The position numbers and the translations under genes are program-made. A stretch of 51,039 nucleotides of DNA from Candidatus Giovannonibacteria bacterium RIFCSPLOWO2_12_FULL_44_15 (GTDB lineage: Bacteria; Patescibacteriota; Minisyncoccia; JACPKW01; UBA11713): NCBI GenBank assembly GCA_001778905.1, contig MFIQ01000001.1:9539-60577 (forward strand). The letters are read 5' to 3'. Shown in pieces: positions 1-8,107 of this stretch. The notes under the pieces were generated by a model, which did not search any database, was not told the DNA's origin, and saw only the letters and a program-made list of their open reading frames with translations. Each line of letters opens with the position of its first letter. Position 1 is the first letter of the stretch.

Positions 1-1
1 T

Positions 2-118
2 TTGAAAATGGATTTTGGAAAGATTAGCTTCTCCCACGTACCCAGAGCGCAAAATAAGCATGCCGACCAGATGGTCAATGACGCCCTTGATGGAGGCAAC
101 GCCGCAACTCTTTTTTAA
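2..118 (+). CDS. 3' end of an upstream gene; the C-terminus resembles an RNase H (type 1) domain
   Basis: The frame is open from the window edge: ...KISFSHVPRAQNKHADQMVNDALDGGNAATLF*. The stop TAA at 116-118 overlaps the next ATG (TAATG). The pattern HV.R..N..AD....A resembles the C-terminal catalytic-Asp region of RNase HI-like domains. Only 38 codons are visible. Confidence 0.3.
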   Translation: MKMDFGKISFSHVPRAQNKHADQMVNDALDGGNAATLF

Positions 119-1452
119 TGAGGAACCTCGCGATAATATCGATATTTGGATTTTTTTCCGGAGTTGTCCTTCGGTCTTTTTTTGTCTTTAATTTTGAATT
201 TACTTTCTTAATTTTTGCTGTTGCTTTTGCACTCGGATTAATTTTTTGGTGCGGGGTTGATTTTGGATTTATTTTGATACAAACCGCGATATTTCTAGTC
301 GCGCTCGGCTTAGGCGTTTTAAGATACGAAATCCAGGATAATACGGAATATATATCGGAATTCAAAACCAAAATCGGCCAGAATATGGAAATATCAGGAA
401 TGGTAATCGAAGATCCGCAAAAATTGGATAAATTTACTAGGGCGGTTTTTAGAAAAGATAAAATCAAGATTTTATTGACCTTGCCGCATTACCCGGAAGT
501 GAATTACGGGGATAATTTGACGATTTTGGGAAAACTCGAAGAACCGGAGAACTTTTCGGATTTTGATTGGAAAAATTACCTCGCCAAGGACGATATTTAT
601 TTTGAAATGTTTTTGCCGAAAATTATAACAAAGGAAAGCGGAGACGGGTCGGGAATTAAGAGATTTCTATTCTCGGTGAAGCATAAATTTTTGGATAATC
701 TTTCAAGAGTCCTGCCCGAACCACACCGATCATTTTTGGCGGGAGTTACGATAGGAGAAAGGACTTCGCTTCCGGATGAAATTGAGGAGGATTTCAGGAA
801 TATTGGCGTTATCCATCTTGTGGTCCTTTCCGGGTACAATATTTCAATTGTCTCCGAAAATACGATTAAGATTTTAAGTTATCTGCCGGTCGCAAAAACT
901 ATAAGGGCGCTTATTGCGACCGCAGGCGTAATTCTTTTCGCGATTATGACCGGTGGTTCGGCAACGGTTGTCCGCGCGGCAATAATGGGAGTCCTTATAT
1001 TATGGGCGCGTGAGACTGGGAAAATTTATCAAGCGCTCTCCGCGCTCATTTTCGCGGCCTTTTTAATGGCATTAGTAAATCCAAAAATCATCCGCTTTGA
1101 TGCTTCTTTCCAGCTTTCATTTTTGGCGACAGCGGGACTAATTTTCGTATCGCCGAGGATCGAGAAATACTTTTCGTGGTTTCCGAATTTCTGGAAATTG
1201 CGAGAAAATCTCATCTCGACCCTCTCGACGCAAATTTTTGTCCTGCCGCTTTTAATATATTTAGGTGGCAATTTTTCATGGAGGACTATTCCGGCGAATC
1301 TCTTGATATTAAGCGCAATGCCGGTTACCATGTTTTTCGGATTCTTAACTGGCCTTGCCGGATTCGCTTCGCATTATCTTTCCTGGGTTCTCGCTTGGCC
1401 CGCTTATTGGCTTTTGGCCTACGAACTTTGGGTTGTAAAAATATTTTCGTGA
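118..1452 (+). CDS. comEC: ComEC/Rec2-type DNA-uptake channel protein, membrane portion only
   Basis: A 444-aa polytopic membrane ORF with an N-terminal TM hairpin plus a soluble insert. It then carries the competence-domain signature IGVIHLVVLSGYNISIV and multiple TM helices. The metallo-beta-lactamase part follows 3 nt later as a separate ORF. Confidence 0.8.
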   Translation: MRNLAIISIFGFFSGVVLRSFFVFNFEFTFLIFAVAFALGLIFWCGVDFGFILIQTAIFLVALGLGVLRYEIQDNTEYISEFKTKIGQNMEISGMVIEDPQKLDKFTRAVFRKDKIKILLTLPHYPEVNYGDNLTILGKLEEPENFSDFDWKNYLAKDDIYFEMFLPKIITKESGDGSGIKRFLFSVKHKFLDNLSRVLPEPHRSFLAGVTIGERTSLPDEIEEDFRNIGVIHLVVLSGYNISIVSENTIKILSYLPVAKTIRALIATAGVILFAIMTGGSATVVRAAIMGVLILWARETGKIYQALSALIFAAFLMALVNPKIIRFDASFQLSFLATAGLIFVSPRIEKYFSWFPNFWKLRENLISTLSTQIFVLPLLIYLGGNFSWRTIPANLLILSAMPVTMFFGFLTGLAGFASHYLSWVLAWPAYWLLAYELWVVKIFS

Positions 1453-1455
1453 TAT

Positions 1456-2307
1456 ATGAGAAGAAATTTTAAATATATATTTATATTGTTTTTACTGATT
1501 ATTGCGGTTTTGGCGTCCCGGGAGACATTTAGTCTTGGTGACGGAAATCTAAAATTTTATGTGCTGGATATCGGACAGGGAGACGCGATTTTTGTCCAGA
1601 CTCCTTCCGGAAATCAGATTTTAATTGACGGAGGCCAGGACAGAAGAATTTTAGAGGAGCTCGGGAAGGTCATGCCTTTTTACGACCGCTCCATAGATTT
1701 GGTAATTTTAACCCATCCGCATTTGGATCACGCTGGCGGGCTTCTCGAAGTTTTAGAAAATTACAAAGTTTGGGAATTTGTGGACGGGGGAGATATATAT
1801 AATCTCGCGGAATACGGCGAGCTGAAAAAATTAGTTGAAGAGAAAAAAATAAGCTACAGGACTGTGCAACGTGGTATGCAAATATCTTTGGATAAAGGCG
1901 TTAGCCTTTTGGTTTTAACTCCTGAGAAATTAGTTAAAAGCGACAATCCGCACAATAATAATGTCGTCGTGCGCCTTTCATATGGCAAGGTGGATTTTCT
2001 TTTAATGGGCGACGGGGAGAAAGGCGAAGAACTCAAGCTTGTTCAAGCCGGAGACAATCTCGAAAGCGAGGTCTTGAAAGTCGGCCATCACGGCTCAAAA
2101 ACTTCTTCCAACCCATTATTTCTGGAAAAAGTAAATCCAGAGTATGCTTTAATATCTGCTGGCGTCAAAAACAGGTACGGCCACCCCGCGCAGAGTACTT
2201 TGGATAATCTTCTAGCGGCGGGCGCAAAAATATTACGAACCGATGTAGATTCAACTATTGAATTTAAAACCGACGGAAATAACTTGACTTTAACCGAAGA
2301 AAAATAG
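1456..2307 (+). CDS. ComEC C-terminal-type metallo-beta-lactamase (MBL) domain protein with its own N-terminal TM anchor
   Basis: It has the MBL motifs LDIGQGDA, ILTHPHLDHAGG and KVGHHGS, plus the ending RYGHP typical of ComEC C-domains. An N-terminal hydrophobic anchor is present (IFILFLLIIAVLAS). Confidence 0.8.
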   Translation: MRRNFKYIFILFLLIIAVLASRETFSLGDGNLKFYVLDIGQGDAIFVQTPSGNQILIDGGQDRRILEELGKVMPFYDRSIDLVILTHPHLDHAGGLLEVLENYKVWEFVDGGDIYNLAEYGELKKLVEEKKISYRTVQRGMQISLDKGVSLLVLTPEKLVKSDNPHNNNVVVRLSYGKVDFLLMGDGEKGEELKLVQAGDNLESEVLKVGHHGSKTSSNPLFLEKVNPEYALISAGVKNRYGHPAQSTLDNLLAAGAKILRTDVDSTIEFKTDGNNLTLTEEK

Positions 2308-2328
2308 TATCATCTAAGGTACTTATTT

Positions 2329-3405
2329 ATGAAAGGATTTGATTTTCCAGTTTTCAAGACAAAGACCACAGGGGTAACGGAAAAATTTTCTTTGGAGGAT
2401 CCGGTTGGGCGCCGGAAATATTTCGAGGCGAAGGCTGGGCCGGAGATAGAAAAATTGAGAGATTATCTGCGAACGGGCACTTTCGTGGCATTTTTGCTCG
2501 GCCCGAAAAATTCTGGAAAGGGCACCTACACAAAGCTTTTTATGGAAGCTTTGGGCGACGATAGAGCTGGGCATATCTCCGTGGGAGATGTTGTTCGCGG
2601 CGCCCACAAAGACCTAGAGAACGATAAATCTAAGAAAGAGCTTATGCAATTTCTAAAAGAGAGGTATAGGGGCGGTGCTTCTCCAGAAGAAATTATCGAA
2701 CTTATACGAAGCTGGGGGGTATCAAACCCACTTCTCCCGACAGAAGCAATTTTGGCCTTGGTGGAACGCGAAATTTCAAAACTTGGCCGCAAAGCCATTT
2801 TTATAGACGGTTTCCCTAGGAGCCTGGACCAAATCTCAAACGCACTATACTTCCGCGCGCTAATGGGATATCGTAGTGATCCAGACTTTTTTGTTTTTAT
2901 TGACGTGCCGGAATCGGTGATAGACGAAAGGATTAAATACCGAGTCATCTGTCCCATTTGCCACACGCCGAGAAATTTAAAACTTCTTCGCACAAAAGAT
3001 ATTAAATATGATAAAGAGAGCAAAAACTTCCAACTTCTTTGCGACGACACATCTTGCAAAGGCGCGGTTATGGTTCCGAAAGAAGGGGATGAGCTCGGGA
3101 TTGAACCAATTCGTGACAGAATCGAGGCTGACAGAGAAGTCATGAAAACCCTCTTGGATTTTCATGGCATTGATAAGATTTATCTTCGTAATAGCGTTCC
3201 AGTTGATAAGGCCCAGGAATATGTAGATGATTACGAGCTCACGCCAGCATATAGTTACAAATGGGATGTGAAAAAAGGCGAAGTTATTGTGGAAGAGAGT
3301 CACTGGACGGTAAAAGATGAATCCGGTACGGAAGTGTATAGCCTTCTTCCTGCGGCCGTAGTTTTAGCTTTAATTAAGCAAGTTGCCAAAGTCCTTGGTT
3401 TGTAG
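2329..3405 (+). CDS. Adenylate-kinase-like nucleoside monophosphate kinase, atypically long (358 aa)
   Basis: It has a P-loop (LLGPKNSGKGTY), an NMP-binding/LID junction (FIDGFPRSLDQ) and a Cys-containing LID (VICPICH...CDDTSCKG). Extensions of about 50 aa (N-terminal) and about 90 aa (C-terminal) are absent from classical Adk. Confidence 0.6.
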   Translation: MKGFDFPVFKTKTTGVTEKFSLEDPVGRRKYFEAKAGPEIEKLRDYLRTGTFVAFLLGPKNSGKGTYTKLFMEALGDDRAGHISVGDVVRGAHKDLENDKSKKELMQFLKERYRGGASPEEIIELIRSWGVSNPLLPTEAILALVEREISKLGRKAIFIDGFPRSLDQISNALYFRALMGYRSDPDFFVFIDVPESVIDERIKYRVICPICHTPRNLKLLRTKDIKYDKESKNFQLLCDDTSCKGAVMVPKEGDELGIEPIRDRIEADREVMKTLLDFHGIDKIYLRNSVPVDKAQEYVDDYELTPAYSYKWDVKKGEVIVEESHWTVKDESGTEVYSLLPAAVVLALIKQVAKVLGL

Positions 3406-3439
3406 TTGTTTAATCCACAGGCTGTAAACATATTTTCTA

Positions 3440-3670
3440 CAACTTTCTAAGAAGATTTCCACACTAGCTGCTTTTTTGAAGCCAATTAGAGCATAGAATT
3501 TTTTAGCTGGGAACTTCTTATTGGAATCGGCTGGATTATACTAAAACTGAGGATATCGTCCAACGCTACTACACTAAATTATTCCATCAATTAAATCCCT
3601 TTGTGTAGCCTCGCCCGTGGGCAGGCGCCAAGGAAATTTTGGAGAAAAAGTAGTCTAGCAAGGACGGTAT
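3440..3670 (-). pseudogene. Possible degraded GNAT-family N-acetyltransferase remnant
   Basis: Minus-strand translation across several frames, broken by stops, gives ...SLAPAHGRGYTKGF* (GNAT motif A-like R/QxxGxG, about 3597-3629). About 25 codons later it gives NPADSNKKFPAKKFYALIGFKK (motif B-like N..A..FY...GF, about 3472-3537). There is no start codon or intact frame. Confidence 0.3.
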
Positions 3671-3691
3671 CTTTGTATTATAATTAGATGA

Positions 3692-4108
3692 ATGCTGAAT
3701 TTTACTGTTTCTGGTAAGCTAATTCTTATAATTTTTCTGGCGATTTTTCTTGTTCACGGGTGGGCTACGCTAAGCGCGGCCTATTTTTATTATTGGTGGT
3801 TAGATTTGGTTCTGCACGGCGCCGGGGGGCTATGGGTTGGGATGACAGCTCTGTATTTGATAAGAAATGAAAATTTTTCTCCGATTATAATTTTCTGGCT
3901 TGTTTTTGGTTCGGCCGCGATAGTCGGTCTTTTCTGGGAGTTTTTTGAATTTGCGCTAGCCCACCTTCCTGGTGAATTGAGTAAATTTGGATTTATCCAG
4001 CAGGGGATTGAAGATGTGTTAAGTGATCTCCTCTCCGATCTCATCGGAGGAATAATTGCATTTTCCCTTTTTCGAACACAGCAAAAAAATTATAATAATA
4101 AGCAATGA
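3692..4108 (+). CDS. Small integral membrane protein, unknown function (4 predicted TM helices)
   Basis: A 138-aa hydrophobic ORF. A TATAAT box at 3679-3684 lies only 7 nt before the ATG. The stop overlaps the next start (ATGA at 4105-4108). Confidence 0.5.
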   Translation: MLNFTVSGKLILIIFLAIFLVHGWATLSAAYFYYWWLDLVLHGAGGLWVGMTALYLIRNENFSPIIIFWLVFGSAAIVGLFWEFFEFALAHLPGELSKFGFIQQGIEDVLSDLLSDLIGGIIAFSLFRTQQKNYNNKQ

Positions 4109-5451
4109 AGATTTCTTTTTACGGAGGTTCGCAGGAGGTAACTGGATCATGTTTTCTTTTTGATTCTGGCAGAACGAAGATACTTGTCGATTGCGGTCTT
4201 TTCCAATGTCCCAGGTTTTGCGACCTAAGATCTAGAGATCCTTTCCCATTTGACCCCAAAGACATCAAAGCGCTTTTCGTAACGCACGCGCACATTGATC
4301 ATACGGGCAGAATTCCCAAGCTTGTTAAGGAAGGGTTTTCTGGAAAAATTTATTCAACCCCCCCGACAAAGGAACTTGCCTTGCTCATGCTTGAAGATAG
4401 TTTGGGCGTTTTGGAAAAGGAATCACGGCACCATAAAGAAGAATTAATGTTTGGCCCGGAGGATATAGCTTCCGCGTTCAAAATTTGGGAGGGGGTAGAA
4501 TACCATAAAACAATCGAAATCGGCGACTTGAAGATACGCCTGCTTGATTCAGGACATATATTGGGCTCATCTATGATCGAAATCAATGCGGGCGGGAAGA
4601 AAATTGTCTTTACTGGAGATTTGGGAAATCCGCCGACCCCTCTTTTGAATAATCCTGAAGAAATTAAGGATGCCTCAACCTTGCTCGTAGAATCAACTTA
4701 CGGGAATCGTGTCCATGACGATAAAAAAGAGAGAAAGGTAAAATTGGAAAGAATTATCGAAGATACAATACACTCTAAGGGCGTATTGATGATTCCGGCT
4801 TTCTCGCTTGAGCGCACCCAAGAACTCCTTGCGGAAATAGACGATCTTCTGGAATCAGGAAGAGTACCCAGAATCCCTATTTTTTTGGATTCGCCTTTGG
4901 CCATTAAAGCCACTGCGGTTTATAAAAAATACGAAAATTATTTTAACAGCCAAGCGCATAAGAAAATAAAATCTGGAGATGATATTTTTCGTTTCCCAGG
5001 GCTTAAGTTTACTTTGACGACAGAGGAGTCTAAAGCGATAAATGAAATAAAGGCGCCTAAGATTATAATCGCGGGTTCGGGTATGTCCAATGGAGGAAGA
5101 ATTTTGCATCATGAAAAAAGATATCTTTCCGATCCGAACTCGACATTGCTTCTTGTTGGGTACCAAGCCGCGGGTTCATTGGGGAGGATGCTCCAGGACC
5201 ATGTGGGAGAAGTCACCATACACGGCGAGAAAGTTTTGGTTCGCGCCAAGATAAAAACTCTGCAGGGATATTCTTCACATCCGGATCGCGAGCAGTTGAT
5301 GGAATTTATATCAAAGAGCAAGGATACGCTGGAGAAAGTTTTTGTGATCACGGGCGAGCCAGCTTCCGCGCTTTTTTTAGTCCAGCGCGTTCGCGATTAT
5401 CTCGGCATACCTACAGAGGCCCCCCGCTACGGGGAGACAAAAGAAATTTGA
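4105..5451 (+). CDS. MBL-fold beta-CASP family ribonuclease (RNA-metabolising metallo-beta-lactamase)
   Basis: It has the MBL motifs ILVDCG, THAHIDHTG and SGHILGS. A beta-CASP region and the C-terminal GYSSHPD motif typical of CPSF/RNase J-like beta-CASP proteins are also present. Confidence 0.8.
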   Translation: MKISFYGGSQEVTGSCFLFDSGRTKILVDCGLFQCPRFCDLRSRDPFPFDPKDIKALFVTHAHIDHTGRIPKLVKEGFSGKIYSTPPTKELALLMLEDSLGVLEKESRHHKEELMFGPEDIASAFKIWEGVEYHKTIEIGDLKIRLLDSGHILGSSMIEINAGGKKIVFTGDLGNPPTPLLNNPEEIKDASTLLVESTYGNRVHDDKKERKVKLERIIEDTIHSKGVLMIPAFSLERTQELLAEIDDLLESGRVPRIPIFLDSPLAIKATAVYKKYENYFNSQAHKKIKSGDDIFRFPGLKFTLTTEESKAINEIKAPKIIIAGSGMSNGGRILHHEKRYLSDPNSTLLLVGYQAAGSLGRMLQDHVGEVTIHGEKVLVRAKIKTLQGYSSHPDREQLMEFISKSKDTLEKVFVITGEPASALFLVQRVRDYLGIPTEAPRYGETKEI

Positions 5452-5473
5452 AATATATGTTAAAATTTGCTTT

Positions 5474-6049
5474 ATGAAACCCTCACCACATTCCCATCTT
5501 AAATTTAAAATTTGCGTCTCTGGAGCGGCCGAGACGGGGCACTGTGGGGACGACGCTTTAAATATGGCAAAAGAAGTCGGGAAAGAAATCGCCAAGCATA
5601 AGACAGTTTTGGTTACGGGAGCGACCACCGGGGTCCCTTTCTGGGCCTGCATCGGGGCTAAAGAGGAGGGCGGCATATCGATAGGCCTTTCCCCCGCCAA
5701 AAACGAAAAAGAGCACATTGAGGAATACAAATTACCGGTGGATTACATGGATATCATTGTCTATACGGGATTTGGATATTCCGGGCGAAATCTTTTATTG
5801 ACCCGTTCTGCCGATGCGGTTATTTTCGGATGCGGCAGGATGGGGACTTTAAACGAATTTACCATTGCGTATGAAGACGACAAGCCGATAGGTGTTTTGA
5901 TGGGGGATTGGGAAACCGGTAATCTTTTCAAGGAAATTGTGGAGAAATCTCACCGCGGCCCTGGGAAAATTGTTTATGATTCGGATCCCAAAGCTTTAGT
6001 TGAAAAAGTAATCGAACTTGTCCGAAAAGAGAAAATAATTGAGATATGA
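5474..6049 (+). CDS. LOG/TIGR00725-like (SLOG Rossmann) family protein
   Basis: Motifs VTGATTGVPFWACIGAKEEGGISIGLSP and GCGRMGTLNEF match the LOG / DprA-related Rossmann family pattern (GG..G.M......GG..IG..P ... GG.GTL.E). Confidence 0.55.
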   Translation: MKPSPHSHLKFKICVSGAAETGHCGDDALNMAKEVGKEIAKHKTVLVTGATTGVPFWACIGAKEEGGISIGLSPAKNEKEHIEEYKLPVDYMDIIVYTGFGYSGRNLLLTRSADAVIFGCGRMGTLNEFTIAYEDDKPIGVLMGDWETGNLFKEIVEKSHRGPGKIVYDSDPKALVEKVIELVRKEKIIEI

Positions 6050-7161
6050 AAACCCTTGAGGGATTTGGGATTTTGGTCGGGGTCATAATCGGCGCGGGAA
6101 TTTTCGGTCTGCCGTATAGCTTTTCCGGAGCCCCTCTTTCATGGAACATATTTCTTTTTCTGGGCGTATTTTGTTTAAGCGTTTTGCTGCATCTTCTTTT
6201 TGCCGGAATTATCTATACGACTCCTGGAAAGCATCGTTTCCCTGGCTATGTCCAGATTTATTTAGGGCCGAGAGCGGAGACCATCGCCACAATTTTTGCC
6301 GCTTTGAGCTCGTATGGCGCGATGCTCGCGTACGGAATCCTTGGAGCAACTTTTCTGCAAAATATTTTCGGTATAGATTTTTTTATTGGAGGAATTTTGT
6401 TTTTTATTCTGGGCGGGGCTCTCTTTTTTCTGTCTATAGACGAGATAGGGAAAATTAATTTTTATCTGACCCTCCCTCTTGTCTGTTTCATATTACTGAT
6501 GGCATTTAAAATTTTTCCGGATATTCATCCCGAGAACTTTTTAGTTGATGGCCATTCGTGGTTTCTTGCTTACGGTATTTTGGTTTTTGCTTTTGGAGGA
6601 TATTCGGCCTTGCCGGATCTGCGCGACATATTGGGAGCGCGCAACCGATCGCTCCCTAAAAAAATTATTTTATGGAGCCTTGTTGCCGCAGCTCTGGTAT
6701 ATTTGGTTTTCATTTTTACGGTACTTGGAGTTTCTGGAAGTTTTGTCACGCCGGATGCCATTTCTGGATTGCCCTCGGCCCTGGGGAAAGGAATTTTGGT
6801 GATAGGATCGCTCATCGGCATTTTTACGGTTTTCCGCGCGTATATCGGCTTCGGCGCGGATTTAAAACTTACTTATAAATATGATTACGAAATTCGTGAA
6901 GTTAGCGCCTGGTTTTTATCTTTTCTCCCTCCCATTTTTTTATTTATTCTGGGATTTGTCGATCTAGTCCGGGTATTAAGCGTTGTGGGCTCCGTTGGTT
7001 TGGGTATTTTTGCAGTTTTTATACTATTGATGGTATGGGAAAGAAAGGGAGATGTTTCGACTTTTCTAGGATTTAGAGTACGGGGCTGGTGGCTCTCTAT
7101 CATTGGAATTTTAGTGGTATTGGGAGCGCTTCAGGATTTATTTGCCGGGTTTATTTTTTGA
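6046..7161 (+). CDS. Amino-acid permease-like transporter (about 11 TM helices)
   Basis: A 371-aa polytopic ORF. The N-terminal GAGIFGLPYSF motif is typical of amino-acid / aromatic amino-acid permease families. There is an ATGA overlap with the upstream gene. Confidence 0.55.
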   Translation: MKTLEGFGILVGVIIGAGIFGLPYSFSGAPLSWNIFLFLGVFCLSVLLHLLFAGIIYTTPGKHRFPGYVQIYLGPRAETIATIFAALSSYGAMLAYGILGATFLQNIFGIDFFIGGILFFILGGALFFLSIDEIGKINFYLTLPLVCFILLMAFKIFPDIHPENFLVDGHSWFLAYGILVFAFGGYSALPDLRDILGARNRSLPKKIILWSLVAAALVYLVFIFTVLGVSGSFVTPDAISGLPSALGKGILVIGSLIGIFTVFRAYIGFGADLKLTYKYDYEIREVSAWFLSFLPPIFLFILGFVDLVRVLSVVGSVGLGIFAVFILLMVWERKGDVSTFLGFRVRGWWLSIIGILVVLGALQDLFAGFIF

Positions 7162-7166
7162 GTTTA

Positions 7167-7787
7167 ATGAATAAAGAAGAATCCCTTCTCCTACTTAAAA
7201 AAGAGATTGAGGAAAATCAGAATCTCCCGCTTTATGGAGAGGGGAATTTAGTTTTCGGGGAGGGGAGCGCCGATGCAGAAGTTTTGTTTATTGGAGAGGC
7301 GCCGGGGTTTCACGAAGACAAATTATCCCGACCATTCGTCGGGCAAGCGGGGAAGCTTCTCGATAAATTACTTTTGATGATAAAATGGCCCCGCGAATCG
7401 GTTTATATAACGAATATTGTGAAGCGCCGCCCTCCCAGCAACCGCGACCCCCTGCCGTCCGAAATCGACGCCTATAAGCCTTATTTAGAAAGACAAATTA
7501 AAATAATCGATCCAAAGATAATTGCGACCTTGGGGAGATATTCCATGAATTATTTCCTGCCCGAGGCCAAAATTTCCCGCGATCACGGAGTTGCACAATT
7601 TGCAGGAGAATATCTCATTTTGCCCCTATACCACCCCGCGGCTGCCCTCCGCGCGACAGCCGTTTTGAAAGACCTCGAGACCGACTTCAAAAAACTTCCC
7701 GATATCCTAAAAAATCCCCTTATGCGTCCAGAGACTGCTAAAATACAAAAGCTGACTGAAGAAGACAAACAAACAAAGTTATTTTGA
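7167..7787 (+). CDS. Family-4-type uracil-DNA glycosylase (cysteine-free)
   Basis: It carries motif A (FIGEAPGFHEDKLSRPFVGQAGKLLD) and motif B (LYHPAAALR). The start is taken at ATG 7167 (MNKEES...), because the longer ORF from 7089 overlaps the permease. The protein contains no Cys residues. Confidence 0.85.
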   Translation: MNKEESLLLLKKEIEENQNLPLYGEGNLVFGEGSADAEVLFIGEAPGFHEDKLSRPFVGQAGKLLDKLLLMIKWPRESVYITNIVKRRPPSNRDPLPSEIDAYKPYLERQIKIIDPKIIATLGRYSMNYFLPEAKISRDHGVAQFAGEYLILPLYHPAAALRATAVLKDLETDFKKLPDILKNPLMRPETAKIQKLTEEDKQTKLF

Positions 7788-7800
7788 CCAAATAAAAAAT

Positions 7801-7857
7801 GCTCCTGTACCAGTTTTCGGGCATCAATGATTGATGACCAAGAATCGGTACAGGAGC
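7801..7857. repeat. Long nested inverted repeat / hairpin (possible bidirectional terminator)
   Basis: GCTCCTGTACC (7801-7811) pairs perfectly with GGTACAGGAGC (7847-7857). Inside is the palindrome CATCAATgATTGATG and partially pairing flanks. On the minus strand the hairpin is followed by ATTTTTTATTT (7791-7800). Confidence 0.5.
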
Positions 7858-8107
7858 TAATTCCATCCCGCTAGGCGGGACATAGAGAAATATTTTGTTA
7901 TAAGGAACCAATTAAGCGACTTTAGAAAATTTCTTTTATCCAAACGCTTGCGTGCTATTACTTCTTGCCCCGCATCCTTCCCCAGGAACGCGAAACCATT
8001 TGGCACAGGCACTTTTGGCTTAAAGGCATTCTTAAAGGAGCTTACATATATAATAGCAGATGAGTATAAATAATGATGTTAATAAGTATAGATGATAGAA
8101 TAAAGCT

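Noticed and set aside
3411-3463. DnaA-box-like 9-mers are present: TAATCCACA at 3411-3419 and ATTTCCACA at 3455-3463. I considered whether they mark an origin of replication.
   Set aside because: There are only two boxes, with 1 and 2 mismatches to TTATCCACA. There is no dnaA/dnaN nearby and no clear AT-rich unwinding element. The gap is better explained as a decayed GNAT gene.
7971-7992. The minus-strand hairpin CGCGUUCCUGGGGAAGGAUGCG vaguely resembles the SRP (4.5S) RNA helix-8 apex.
   Set aside because: The conserved GGAA tetraloop context and the AGCA/GGAAGCAGC loop residues are not present. There is also no extended pairing of flanks typical of 4.5S RNA.
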